Shown: one piece after another, positions 48,175-56,679 of the stretch
How the letters are laid out: each line of letters opens with the position of its first letter
Position numbering within the stretch: position 1 is the first letter of the stretch
Origin: Myxococcales bacterium
GTDB lineage: Bacteria > Myxococcota_A > Polyangia > Palsa-1104
Reading direction: 5' to 3'
Assembly (NCBI GenBank): GCA_003170275.1
Contig: PNAM01000059.1
Span: forward strand, 47,389 to 111,388
DNA length: 64,000 nt
The notes under the pieces: model-generated
What the model was told of the DNA's origin: nothing
What the model saw: only the letters and a program-made list of their open reading frames with translations
Databases searched by the model: none
Position numbers and translations under genes: made by a program

Positions 48175-48345
48175 GGGAGGTCGTCGCCGCACCGGCGGTA
48201 ACATTCACCGTCGCCGGCGAGCGAGCGATCGCGGCCCACTCGCATGGCTCTCCGGAGCGGCCGATTGGGCAGCGCAGCGAGGGCGATTCCGCGCGCTCAT
48301 GAAACGTATGGCTCCCCCTCGTTGGCTCGACTACTTGACTCCGCA

Positions 48346-48555
48346 TGGATCGATCTTTGGACGGTCGATTTCAAAGGCTCGTGACGCACGCAAGACCTTC
48401 GGCGTTGCGACCCGCTCACCGTGCGCGATGCGTTCAGTCGATACGTCCTCGACGTGCGGCTCGTCAACGACATGACGGCCCGCACAATTCGCCGCGAGTT
48501 CGACAAGGCCCTCGATCGCCATGGGCTGCCCAACGCGATCCAAAGTGACAACGGG
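48346..48555 (+). pseudogene. DDE (rve integrase-core) transposase relic with in-frame stop
   Basis: The translation LWTVDFKGS*RTQDLRRCDPLTVRDAFSRYVLDV...HGLPNAIQSDNG matches the rve catalytic core. TGA at 48382-84. Truncated at both ends. Confidence 0.65.
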
Positions 48556-48680
48556 CATGTGCGTCGTCAGCGGCTCGGGCGGCCGGGGCCCTTCGTATCT
48601 CTCGCGCCGCGGGCGCGCCGACTTCAAATGATCGAGATACAGCGGTGTCGCAAATGCCGCCATCCACAACTCGACAGGCG

Positions 48681-49211
48681 CTATGTATCGAACACCCAGG
48701 CGGGCGCGATGTGGACTAGGTAGTCGCCGTGACCGCGCTTCTCCGTGCGGGCGTCGTAGCCGCGCAGGGCCAGCTTCTCGCAGAGGAGTGAGGGCTCCTG
48801 GTTGTCGTGAACCAACAGTTGAGCGCCGGGGCCGAGCTCGACCAGCTTCTCGAGCACGGCGATCACTGGTTGCGTCGTCGGCAGGTTCCGCAGGTCGAGC
48901 TGGACAGGAGCCTGCAGGCGCTCCCACTTCGGGAGCGTGGGCGCCGTTGGTTTGCAGAACCAAACGTGAAAGACGTCGCCGGAGCGCACCGTGTGCGCGG
49001 CCCACCCGAGGGAGCGCATGAATGTATGAAGCGTCCTCGGATCAAAATCGACGACGACGTGCAGCGCCTCCCCCGTCGCGAGCGCCTGCGTCGTCTCGAC
49101 GATGAGGGCGAAGGGGTTGGCCCCCTTGGCGAACGCCGGCCGGACGTCGAGGTCCCGGGCGGCTACGGCACCAGCCCTGCGCACGGACGCGGGGAGCGTG
49201 GCGCGCTTCAT
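48681..49211 (-). CDS. tandem DUF2249 domain protein
   Basis: Two repeats of the type LDVR...P...I......L..GE.L.V..D.DP. This family is commonly found next to hemerythrin and denitrification genes. Confidence 0.55.
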   Translation of the reverse strand: MKRATLPASVRRAGAVAARDLDVRPAFAKGANPFALIVETTQALATGEALHVVVDFDPRTLHTFMRSLGWAAHTVRSGDVFHVWFCKPTAPTLPKWERLQAPVQLDLRNLPTTQPVIAVLEKLVELGPGAQLLVHDNQEPSLLCEKLALRGYDARTEKRGHGDYLVHIAPAWVFDT

Positions 49212-49215
49212 CAGC

Positions 49216-50592
49216 CTATTTCCCGATTGTCTGGGCGTCCGCGCTCGTCTTCCAGACAAAAGCTGTCACCGCTTCGATCTGCGAAGGTGTGAGGTTGGTA
49301 TCGACCATCCGGGCGTTCGGATAGACGCTCTTCGGGTTGTTCACCCAGGTCGGGATCCATTTGAGCTCGATTCGTCGGGTCACGTTGATGAGATCGGGTC
49401 CGACCTGCTTGGCGACGGGATTGGGGATGACCTTGCCGAGGTTGTGGCACTCGGTGCACTTGAGGAAGTAGAGTAGTTGACCGTCGGCTACCTTCTTCGG
49501 ATCGAAGGTCGGCGTCGGCGGTGACGTCTCGGACACGGCACGATGCGCGTTCTTGGCGAGGAGCGCCACCACGCCGTCGATCTCCGGCGCCGTGAGGCCG
49601 AGCGGAGGCATTCGATAGGGCATGTACGGATAGATCTTTCCCGGCTTCAGCGGGTCCTCGAGGAAAGTGCGCAGCCAGTCCCAGCGCAGCTTCTGCGAGG
49701 CGACGTCGAGGCTCGGCCCGACGTCGCCTCCCTTGCCGTTGATGACGTGACAGGCGAAGCACTGCTTGTCTTCGACGACCTGTTGGCCGCGTGCGACCAG
49801 GTCCGATGGAAGCGGTGGCTTCGGCTTGCGCAGCGACAGCACGAAGTAGGTGAGGTCCCAGCCGTCGCCCATTTGCAGGCTGTCGCCGAACGACGGCATG
49901 CCCGTGCCGTCGAGACCGGTGCGGAAGCGCATGTGCACTGCCTCGGGCGAGTCGCCGCCGAGGTATAGCCCCTTCGAGTAGTCGCGCGCCGGGATCGGCT
50001 CTCCTAGATCGTTCTTGAGCGTGTTCGACGCCGGGCCGTCGCCGCGGCCCTCCGCGCCGTGGCACTGCACGCAGCCGAACTTCACGTAGAGCAGCTTGCC
50101 GCGCGCGATCGACTCTGCGCTCGAGCCCGGCTCCTTGGACAGCACGATTGGCGTCGGCTCCGGCTGTGTGTCGAGTCCCGCGAGCGATCGGACATGGTCC
50201 ACGATGAGGCCGCGCTCTTCTTCAGGCAGGAACTTGAACGACGGCATCGCGGTGCCGGGCAACCCCCGCTCGACGGTGGCGAGGAGATCCTGCCGCGTTG
50301 GCGGCGAGGCGCTCGGCGTCGAGCGGATCTTGAACTTGTCGCGGACGAAGTTGCGCGGCTTCGGAATGAGGACCGCCGCCGCAGGTCCGTCGCCGAGGCC
50401 GCGCTCGCCGTGGCAGCCGCTGCACCAGGCCACGAACAGTTTCCGCCCGTGCTCGGCGCGCGCGCGTGGGTTCGCGTGGGCGGCGGTCGTCGCGACGGTG
50501 GCCGCGGGCGCCGCCGCCGCGGGTTGCTTCGCGTCTCTACCGTCGCAGCCGATCCACGACAGCGCCACCACAACCATGATGCGCTTGTACAC
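49216..50592 (-). CDS. tetrahaem c-type cytochrome (four class-I-like domains), exported
   Basis: Four CXXCH motifs: CSGCH, CVQCH, CFACH, CTECH. N-terminal signal (M)YKRIMVVVALSWIGC from the GTG at 50592. Confidence 0.8.
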   Translation of the reverse strand: MYKRIMVVVALSWIGCDGRDAKQPAAAAPAATVATTAAHANPRARAEHGRKLFVAWCSGCHGERGLGDGPAAAVLIPKPRNFVRDKFKIRSTPSASPPTRQDLLATVERGLPGTAMPSFKFLPEEERGLIVDHVRSLAGLDTQPEPTPIVLSKEPGSSAESIARGKLLYVKFGCVQCHGAEGRGDGPASNTLKNDLGEPIPARDYSKGLYLGGDSPEAVHMRFRTGLDGTGMPSFGDSLQMGDGWDLTYFVLSLRKPKPPLPSDLVARGQQVVEDKQCFACHVINGKGGDVGPSLDVASQKLRWDWLRTFLEDPLKPGKIYPYMPYRMPPLGLTAPEIDGVVALLAKNAHRAVSETSPPTPTFDPKKVADGQLLYFLKCTECHNLGKVIPNPVAKQVGPDLINVTRRIELKWIPTWVNNPKSVYPNARMVDTNLTPSQIEAVTAFVWKTSADAQTIGK

Positions 50593-50603
50593 TCGCGTCC
50601 TCC

Positions 50604-51029
50604 TCACTGAATCAGCTCGTTTGGCGAAAGCACCGCTGCGCCGGCATGGCGCTGGGCGAAGGCGGCCGCCGCCTCGCGTGTCGCGAAGGCAGCGAGGCCC
50701 GATCCCATCGGCGAGTGCAGTTCCGCGGAGCGCACCACGAACGCTCGATCGGCACGAATCCAGGCGCCTTCGGGAAAGCTGCGCAGAAAGCTGGCGACCA
50801 ACTCCGGATGCGTCCCCGCCACGGCCTTCTGCCAGCAACCCAGATCGTCGAACTGCTGCACGCCACCCTGGCGATCGTGGAGTTGCGCGCCGAAGCGCGC
50901 ATCGCTGGTGATCATCAGGCAGCCCGCGCAGGCATCCTCGCCGAGGGCGACCGAGGTCGGCACGGGCGGCCACGGTGCAGCGTCGTGACAACCAGCGACG
51001 AGCGCCAGCGCTACGCAGAGGCGGGTCAC
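50604..51029 (-). CDS. nosL: NosL copper-chaperone lipoprotein
   Basis: Lipobox ALVAGC. CAGCLMITSDARFGAQ...QQFDDLGC...SPMGSGLAAF matches NosL. GTGA overlap with nosY. Confidence 0.8.
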   Translation of the reverse strand: MTRLCVALALVAGCHDAAPWPPVPTSVALGEDACAGCLMITSDARFGAQLHDRQGGVQQFDDLGCWQKAVAGTHPELVASFLRSFPEGAWIRADRAFVVRSAELHSPMGSGLAAFATREAAAAFAQRHAGAAVLSPNELIQ

Positions 51030-51862
51030 GTCAGGTCCTCCCGCCGAAACCGCCGCAGCGCCCCGACGGTACACAGCACGATCCATGCGGCGACGGAGGC
51101 GCCGAGCAGCAGCGCCAGGTTTCCGCGCCCCAGCGTCCGCACCGCGTGCGAGCCGGCCGGGCCCAGCACCTCGAGCCGAGTGCTCACCTGCAGCGCGATG
51201 AGCGTCTTGACCGCCTGGAGCGGATTGGCGACGGTGATGCCGAGCAGCGCGCCGGGCCCCACCGCCTGCGACGCCGCCAGCGCGAGCACGCCGAAGTCGC
51301 ACAGGAACACCAGCGTGATCCAGGCGCCGATGGCCGCGGCGAGCGATTGTGCTCGGGTGCGCGCCAGCACGCCGAGGAGCGCCCCGATCGCCAGCATCGC
51401 CATGGCCACGAGCCACGCGCCGCCCGCGAGCGCCAGAAAGGTGAGGCTTCGGATCGCGCCCGACGCGCCGATCCACAGCGCCGCGGCGCCGAAGCCGAGA
51501 CCGAGCGACAGCGTCATCGCGGCGCCGAGCCCGCACAGCTTGCCGAGGAGGACCTCGCCACGACGAACCGGCTGCGCCACCAAATAGGCGAGCGTGCCGT
51601 CCTCCGCCTCGCCGGCGAAGCTGGCGCTGGCCAGCGGCAGCGCCAGCAGCGGCACGAACAGCAGCACGAGGTTGACGAGCGCCGCCGCGGTGCGATCGAA
51701 GGTCGAGACGCCCCAACGCGCCGCCCCCGCCATGCCGAGCTGCGCCACCGCGATCGCGAGCAGCGCGAAGGCCACGCCCCCGATGACGAGCCAGCGCCCG
51801 CGTAGCGCGACGCGGATCTCGCGCGCCGCCAGCGTCGCCACGATTCGCGCGCGCGTCTTCAT
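51026..51862 (-). CDS. nosY: NosY ABC-2 permease
   Basis: Six TM helices. EAEDGTLAYLVAQPV motif. Position between nosF and nosL. ATGA overlap with nosF. Confidence 0.8.
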   Translation of the reverse strand: MKTRARIVATLAAREIRVALRGRWLVIGGVAFALLAIAVAQLGMAGAARWGVSTFDRTAAALVNLVLLFVPLLALPLASASFAGEAEDGTLAYLVAQPVRRGEVLLGKLCGLGAAMTLSLGLGFGAAALWIGASGAIRSLTFLALAGGAWLVAMAMLAIGALLGVLARTRAQSLAAAIGAWITLVFLCDFGVLALAASQAVGPGALLGITVANPLQAVKTLIALQVSTRLEVLGPAGSHAVRTLGRGNLALLLGASVAAWIVLCTVGALRRFRREDLT

Positions 51863-52560
51863 CGGAGGACCCGCAGCTTCGAGGTGGTGTCCGCGACCTC
51901 GTCCGGCCAGATCCGCGCCGCGACGGCGTCCACCGCGCCTTCATCAATCACGCGCCCCTGATCCAGCACGACCACGCGATCACACAGCGCGCGGACCTCG
52001 CCGGCCCGGTGCGACGACAACAGCAGGGTTCGCCCCTCGCCGTGCAGGCGCCCGAGGAGCGCGACGAGCTCTCGCTGCCCGCCGAGATCGAGGCTCGCGG
52101 TCGGCTCGTCGAGCACGAGCACGGGGGGATCTCCGATCAGCGCCGCCGCCAGCGACAGACGCTGCTTCATCCCGGTCGAGAACGTGCGGACGCTGCGACG
52201 CGCGTGCTCGGCGAGCCCGACGCGCTCGAGCAGCGCGTCGATCCCCGGCGCGCGGATCCCGCGCAGTCGTGCGATCAGGGCGAGCGATCCGCGCGCGCTG
52301 TCTTCGAGGAAGGCCGGAGCCTGCGGCATGTAGCCAATGAGGCTGCGGGCGCCGATCGGATCGCACTTGGGATCGAGGCCAGCGATGGTGACGTCGCCGC
52401 GATAGCGCACCAGGCCGAGCACGCACCGCAGGACGCTGGTCTTGCCCGCGCCATTCTGACCGATCAGCGCCACCGCCTCGCCCCGCGCGACGGTGAGGTC
52501 AACGTGATCGAGGATGCGCCGCCCACCCAGCGTGACGATCAGGTCGCGTCCCCGGATCAC
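51859..52560 (-). CDS. nosF: NosF ABC ATPase
   Basis: Walker A GQNGAGKTS, signature FSTGMKQR and Walker B LVLDEPTASLD. GTGA overlap with nosD. Confidence 0.85.
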   Translation of the reverse strand: MIRGRDLIVTLGGRRILDHVDLTVARGEAVALIGQNGAGKTSVLRCVLGLVRYRGDVTIAGLDPKCDPIGARSLIGYMPQAPAFLEDSARGSLALIARLRGIRAPGIDALLERVGLAEHARRSVRTFSTGMKQRLSLAAALIGDPPVLVLDEPTASLDLGGQRELVALLGRLHGEGRTLLLSSHRAGEVRALCDRVVVLDQGRVIDEGAVDAVAARIWPDEVADTTSKLRVLR

Positions 52561-54560
52561 GCTCCACCTCCGCGGTTGACGCGGCGGAGCGCGTACGCGG
52601 CGCCGACGAGGACCAACAGGCCGGCGACGCTGAGGCGCGGCGCCCGCGCCGGACCCGCCACCTCGCCCGGGATCACAGGTGGGCGAAGCAGCGGGTGCTC
52701 GTCGATGGCGGTGGGCTGCGGCCTCACCACCGGAAAGGCGCGCGCGGCGAGTTCGAGCGCCTCGGCCGCCGGGCCCATGCGCAGGAGGCCCGCCCCGGGG
52801 TAGCGCGCGGCCAGATCTTCGAAGTAGTGCTCGACCCGCTGCGGGGTGTCGCCTATGCCGTCGCCGTCCTCGTCGAAGCCGAGGTAGTCGCTCCAATAGT
52901 TGCCGCGCCCGCCGACGCTCCAGGCGTTGCTGTCGGCCCGCGAGCGCCGGCTGCCGAGGAGCTGCACCTGCACGCGGTTCGCGACCAGCGCGTTGCCGCT
53001 GAACACCGCTCCCGCCTCGGCTGGCTCCATCGCCACACCCACGTCGTTGCCGCCGATCAGGTTGCCGCGAAAGACGCAGGTCGCGCCGCGCGCTTGCGGC
53101 GCCTCGTCGAGGTAGAGGCCGTTGGTGTTGTCGAGGAAGCGGTTGTTCTCTACAAGCACGTCGTCGGCGACCTTGAGGAGCAAGCCGTAAGCCGACGGTC
53201 CGCGCGAACCAGAGAAGCGATTTCGACGCAGCGTCAGCCGGCGGCTGTACATGATGGCGCCGCCGACCTGGTTGCCCTCGAAGACGTTGTCCTCGAAGAC
53301 GTCGTCGTCGCAGTACATATAATGGAGGCCGTAGCGACTCCCGCGCACGACATTGCGCGAGACCGTCACGCGGTTCGAGTGCCAGATCGAGAGGTCGCGG
53401 CTCCGCTCGATGACGTTCTCGAGCACGCTGGAGTCGCTCGACGCGTTGAGGCGGATGCCGTCGCCGCGGTACGGGATGGGCAGGTCCTTGCCGTGGATGT
53501 GGTTGCCAATCAAGCGCGCGCCCGGGCTCTCGTTGACGAGGATCCCGAACAGCGTGTCGTCGATGCGCGTGTTCTCGACGGTGGAGTCGGGTGCGCGCGT
53601 GATGCGCACGGCGGCGTCCTCCCCGAGCAGGCTCGAGCCGCTCGCCCGGATCGCGAAGCCAGCGATGCGCACCCCGCGCGCCTCGACGGCGATCACGGTG
53701 TCACTCCCGTTGCCGTCGAGGATCGCCCCCGGCTCCGCCTCGAGCGTGAGCGGCCTCGCGATCCGGAGGTGCTCGTGATAGACCCCGCGATGCACGCGCA
53801 CCGTGTCGCCGGGCGCCGCCGCGGCGAGGGCGCTCGTCACGCTCGCGTAGGGCGCTCCCTCGCCGACCTGGAGCGTCGCGGCCCAGGAGTGCCCGCTGAC
53901 CCCGAACAGAACGATCACCGCCGCCGCGAGCGACACCGGCCCGTGCGCCGGCGCCTGCTTCGAAGCGCCGCGTTCAGCGACGAGAAAACCGATTGCGTTG
54001 GCGGCGGCCACGACCGACAGCCAGAAGCCCGACTGCAGCACCGCGCGCACCGAGAACTGCGCGACCTTGTACTCGCCGATCAGCCGCGCCTGCACGCGGT
54101 TCGCGATCAGGTTCAGCGCCGCGTGCGGATCGAGGTGAGAGGTCGCGTACTGCTGCCAGGCCCACAAGTCGAACAGGAACCCGATCGGCACCGCCACCAC
54201 CGCGGCCGCCGCCACGGCCCGCACGCGCCCGGGACGCAGGAAGGGCAAGAGCAGCGCAGCCACCATCACGACGACCATCGCGAAGGGCGCGGCGTGCCGC
54301 TCGATCGGCGCGAAGGTGCCGACGCTGCGCAGCCCGACGTAGTGACCGAGCCCGTCGATCTCCTTGAGGTCCCCGGTGACGTCCATCGGCGAGACGTCGA
54401 TGACGAGCACGCGCATTCCGTACTGCGGTGCGCGGCACTCCATGCGCCACCAGGGCAAGAGCATCGTCGCTGCGAGCGCGAGCGCGGCGTACAGCGCCAG
54501 GATCACGCCGCCACGGCTGGCGCGACGGAGCGCCATGTGCGGCTCGCCCTCACTCGGCAT
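52557..54560 (-). CDS. nosD: NosB-like membrane module fused in frame to NosD (periplasmic beta-helix maturation protein)
   Basis: Residues about 1-215 carry 4-5 TM helices. After a signal-like segment VSLAAAVIVLFGVSGHSWA come typical NosD beta-helix repeats (GNHIHG...GDGIRL...YGLHYMY...GGAIMY). No stop codon separates the two parts. The start overlaps the nosZ stop by 1 nt. Confidence 0.75.
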   Translation of the reverse strand: MPSEGEPHMALRRASRGGVILALYAALALAATMLLPWWRMECRAPQYGMRVLVIDVSPMDVTGDLKEIDGLGHYVGLRSVGTFAPIERHAAPFAMVVVMVAALLLPFLRPGRVRAVAAAAVVAVPIGFLFDLWAWQQYATSHLDPHAALNLIANRVQARLIGEYKVAQFSVRAVLQSGFWLSVVAAANAIGFLVAERGASKQAPAHGPVSLAAAVIVLFGVSGHSWAATLQVGEGAPYASVTSALAAAAPGDTVRVHRGVYHEHLRIARPLTLEAEPGAILDGNGSDTVIAVEARGVRIAGFAIRASGSSLLGEDAAVRITRAPDSTVENTRIDDTLFGILVNESPGARLIGNHIHGKDLPIPYRGDGIRLNASSDSSVLENVIERSRDLSIWHSNRVTVSRNVVRGSRYGLHYMYCDDDVFEDNVFEGNQVGGAIMYSRRLTLRRNRFSGSRGPSAYGLLLKVADDVLVENNRFLDNTNGLYLDEAPQARGATCVFRGNLIGGNDVGVAMEPAEAGAVFSGNALVANRVQVQLLGSRRSRADSNAWSVGGRGNYWSDYLGFDEDGDGIGDTPQRVEHYFEDLAARYPGAGLLRMGPAAEALELAARAFPVVRPQPTAIDEHPLLRPPVIPGEVAGPARAPRLSVAGLLVLVGAAYALRRVNRGGGA

Positions 54561-56551
54561 TACTTGGGCTCCACCAGCAGCCAGCCCTGCATCTCCATGT
54601 GGAGCGCCGAGCAGAATTCGGTGCAGTACCAGGGGAAGACGCCCGACTGCGAGGCGGTGAACTCGACTCGCTGCGTGGCGCCCGGATCGATCGACGCGGT
54701 GATGTTGTGGCCGTGCAGGCCAAAGCCGTGCGTCGCGTCCTCCGCGCTCTCGGCGTTGGTGATGTCGATCGTCACGTGGTCGCCCTGCTTGACGCGGATG
54801 ATGTCGGGCTTGTAGTGCGAGCGGATGACGACCATGTGGACGTGCACCTCCTTGCCCTTGCGCTCGATCCGCTCGTCGCCCTGCTTGGTCGCGTTGGGTC
54901 CCGGCTTCATCGACGCTGGATCGGTGCCCGGCGGGTAGACCCGCCAGGCGGCGATCTTGGTCGACTCGATGATATGCGAGTTGTGCGGCTCGCCGATGAT
55001 CGGCGACTCCGAGAGCATCCGCATCTTGGGACCGGAGATGTCGATGAGCTGCAAGTTCTGCGGGTGCAGCGGCCCGGTGCCGGTGTGGCGATCGACCATC
55101 CACTTGTTGAGGGCGACCAGGTAGCGGCCGCGCGGATGCTTGGTATTCGACCCGGGCGTCTGCAGGTGGCCAATGTTGTAATGGATGCTGATCTTGTCGG
55201 TCAGCTTCCAGGCGTCCTCGGGCTTGTTGTACGGTGGGCCAAGCGTGAACTGGGCCACCGCACTGTCGAGGAACAGGCTGGTGTAGCCGTGGCCCTTGTT
55301 ATCGAAGACGGTGTGCAGCGGGCCCAGGCCCACCTCGACATAGCCGGCGCGCACCGCGTCCAGCTTGACGATCGGAATCCCGAACGGATCGTTCTTTTCG
55401 AAGTTCTTCTCGTTGATGGCCTTGATGATCGCCACGGTCGAATAGGCCGTAACGTGCGGATCGAGCTTGCCCGAGGCGATCAGGTACTCACCGCCCGGAG
55501 TGAGGTCGAGGCCGTGCGGGCTCTTGGACTCGGGGACGAAGTACAGGAGTCCCTCGTCGCGCGCGACCGAAAGCGGAATGACCTTGATGCCCCCCTTGGT
55601 GATCACCTTCGGGCTGCCGGAGGCGACCAGCGCCTCGGCCCTCTTCCAGTTGATCACGTGCATGAGATCCATCTCGTTCTGCGACGCGCCGATCTCGATC
55701 GGATCCTTCCCTTCCAGGTCGCCGCCGGTGGCCATCTCGGTGTTGAGTGAGTTGATGAAGAACCAGCCGTCCGACGGTCCGCGACCGGCGACCGACAGGT
55801 CCTGGGTGTATGGGGGCAGCTCGATCTGGAACGATTGATCGAGCCGGATGCGGCCCGCCGCGCGATCGAACTTGTGGAACGTGACGGCGCCCCGGTACTT
55901 TTCCTGGTACTCGGAGAGCGGCGCGTAGACGCCCGGCCCACCCGGCGCCGGCTGGAACGTCGACGTGATGAAGTACTCCGAGTCGTCCGTGAGTACGCCC
56001 GAGTGATCGGAGATGACGTTCGGCGTCTTGACGATCTGCTTGGTCTTGAAGTCGCGCAGGTCAATGACGGCGACGCGACCGGTGGGCTTATCCGACACGA
56101 ACACGAACTCGCCGTCATAATCACCATCGGTGAGCGAGAGCTGCGGATGGTGGAGATCGCCCCAGGTCTGCGTCGGCAGGTTGGGGTTGCCGGGCGCGAA
56201 GGTGCCCTCCTTCCAAAGGCGCGACGCTTCCTCGTCACCCTGGCCCCAGCCCTGCCAGGAGTTCGGCGCGTAGACCGGGATCTCCTTGAGCAGGCGCATC
56301 GACGGGATGCCGATGAGGTAGATCGAGCCCGAATGGCCGCCGCTGGTGACCATGACGAACTCGTCGTACTTGCCCGGCGGCACGAAGGTCTCGAGCGCGG
56401 CGCGCGCCTCGTCGGGGGTCAGCTCGCGGCCCTGGGCCAAGGCCTCGAGCGATCCGGGCGCGCCTGCGGCGGGGGCGACGGGCGCCGTCGAGTCGGCGCG
56501 ACAGGCGAACAGCAACAGCAACGGGAAGGTGGCGAGCACTGTACGCGGCAT
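54560..56551 (-). CDS. nosZ: nitrous-oxide reductase, Sec-type (clade II-like)
   Basis: CuA site CTEFCSALHMEMQG. CuZ propeller His motifs (DLHHPQ, SPHGLD, EPHNSH). The N-terminal signal MPRTVLATFPLLLLFAC has no twin-arginine motif. Confidence 0.95.
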   Translation of the reverse strand: MPRTVLATFPLLLLFACRADSTAPVAPAAGAPGSLEALAQGRELTPDEARAALETFVPPGKYDEFVMVTSGGHSGSIYLIGIPSMRLLKEIPVYAPNSWQGWGQGDEEASRLWKEGTFAPGNPNLPTQTWGDLHHPQLSLTDGDYDGEFVFVSDKPTGRVAVIDLRDFKTKQIVKTPNVISDHSGVLTDDSEYFITSTFQPAPGGPGVYAPLSEYQEKYRGAVTFHKFDRAAGRIRLDQSFQIELPPYTQDLSVAGRGPSDGWFFINSLNTEMATGGDLEGKDPIEIGASQNEMDLMHVINWKRAEALVASGSPKVITKGGIKVIPLSVARDEGLLYFVPESKSPHGLDLTPGGEYLIASGKLDPHVTAYSTVAIIKAINEKNFEKNDPFGIPIVKLDAVRAGYVEVGLGPLHTVFDNKGHGYTSLFLDSAVAQFTLGPPYNKPEDAWKLTDKISIHYNIGHLQTPGSNTKHPRGRYLVALNKWMVDRHTGTGPLHPQNLQLIDISGPKMRMLSESPIIGEPHNSHIIESTKIAAWRVYPPGTDPASMKPGPNATKQGDERIERKGKEVHVHMVVIRSHYKPDIIRVKQGDHVTIDITNAESAEDATHGFGLHGHNITASIDPGATQRVEFTASQSGVFPWYCTEFCSALHMEMQGWLLVEPK

Positions 56552-56564
56552 GTCGGGTCGCGAC

Positions 56565-56580
56565 TGCGAGGCGCGTGCCG
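56565..56580 (-). promoter_or_regulatory. candidate sigma-54 (-24/-12) promoter for nosZ
   Basis: The minus strand reads cGGCACGcgccTcGCA, against consensus TGGCACG-N4-TTGCW. GG-N10-GC spacing is correct. The predicted start site is only about 3 nt before the nosZ ATG. Confidence 0.4.
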
Positions 56581-56632
56581 ATTTCGGATCTCCGATCTTG
56601 CTCGACAATATTCCAGTCGACGAACCATGACA

Positions 56633-56676
56633 GTCAGTTTGACCTGTCAATATGACCTGGGAACGGTCATATTGAC
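56633..56676. promoter_or_regulatory. three GT-N7-AC boxes (NorR-type enhancer sites)
   Basis: GTCAGTTTGAC (56633-43), GTCAATATGAC (56646-56) and GTCATATTGAC (56666-76). Boxes 2 and 3 are exact reverse complements of each other. Confidence 0.55.
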
Positions 56677-56679
56677 CTT

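Noticed and set aside
52695-55750. ORFs 52695..54815(+) and 54428..55750(+)
   Set aside because: They are antisense to nosD and nosZ, whose identity is unambiguous.
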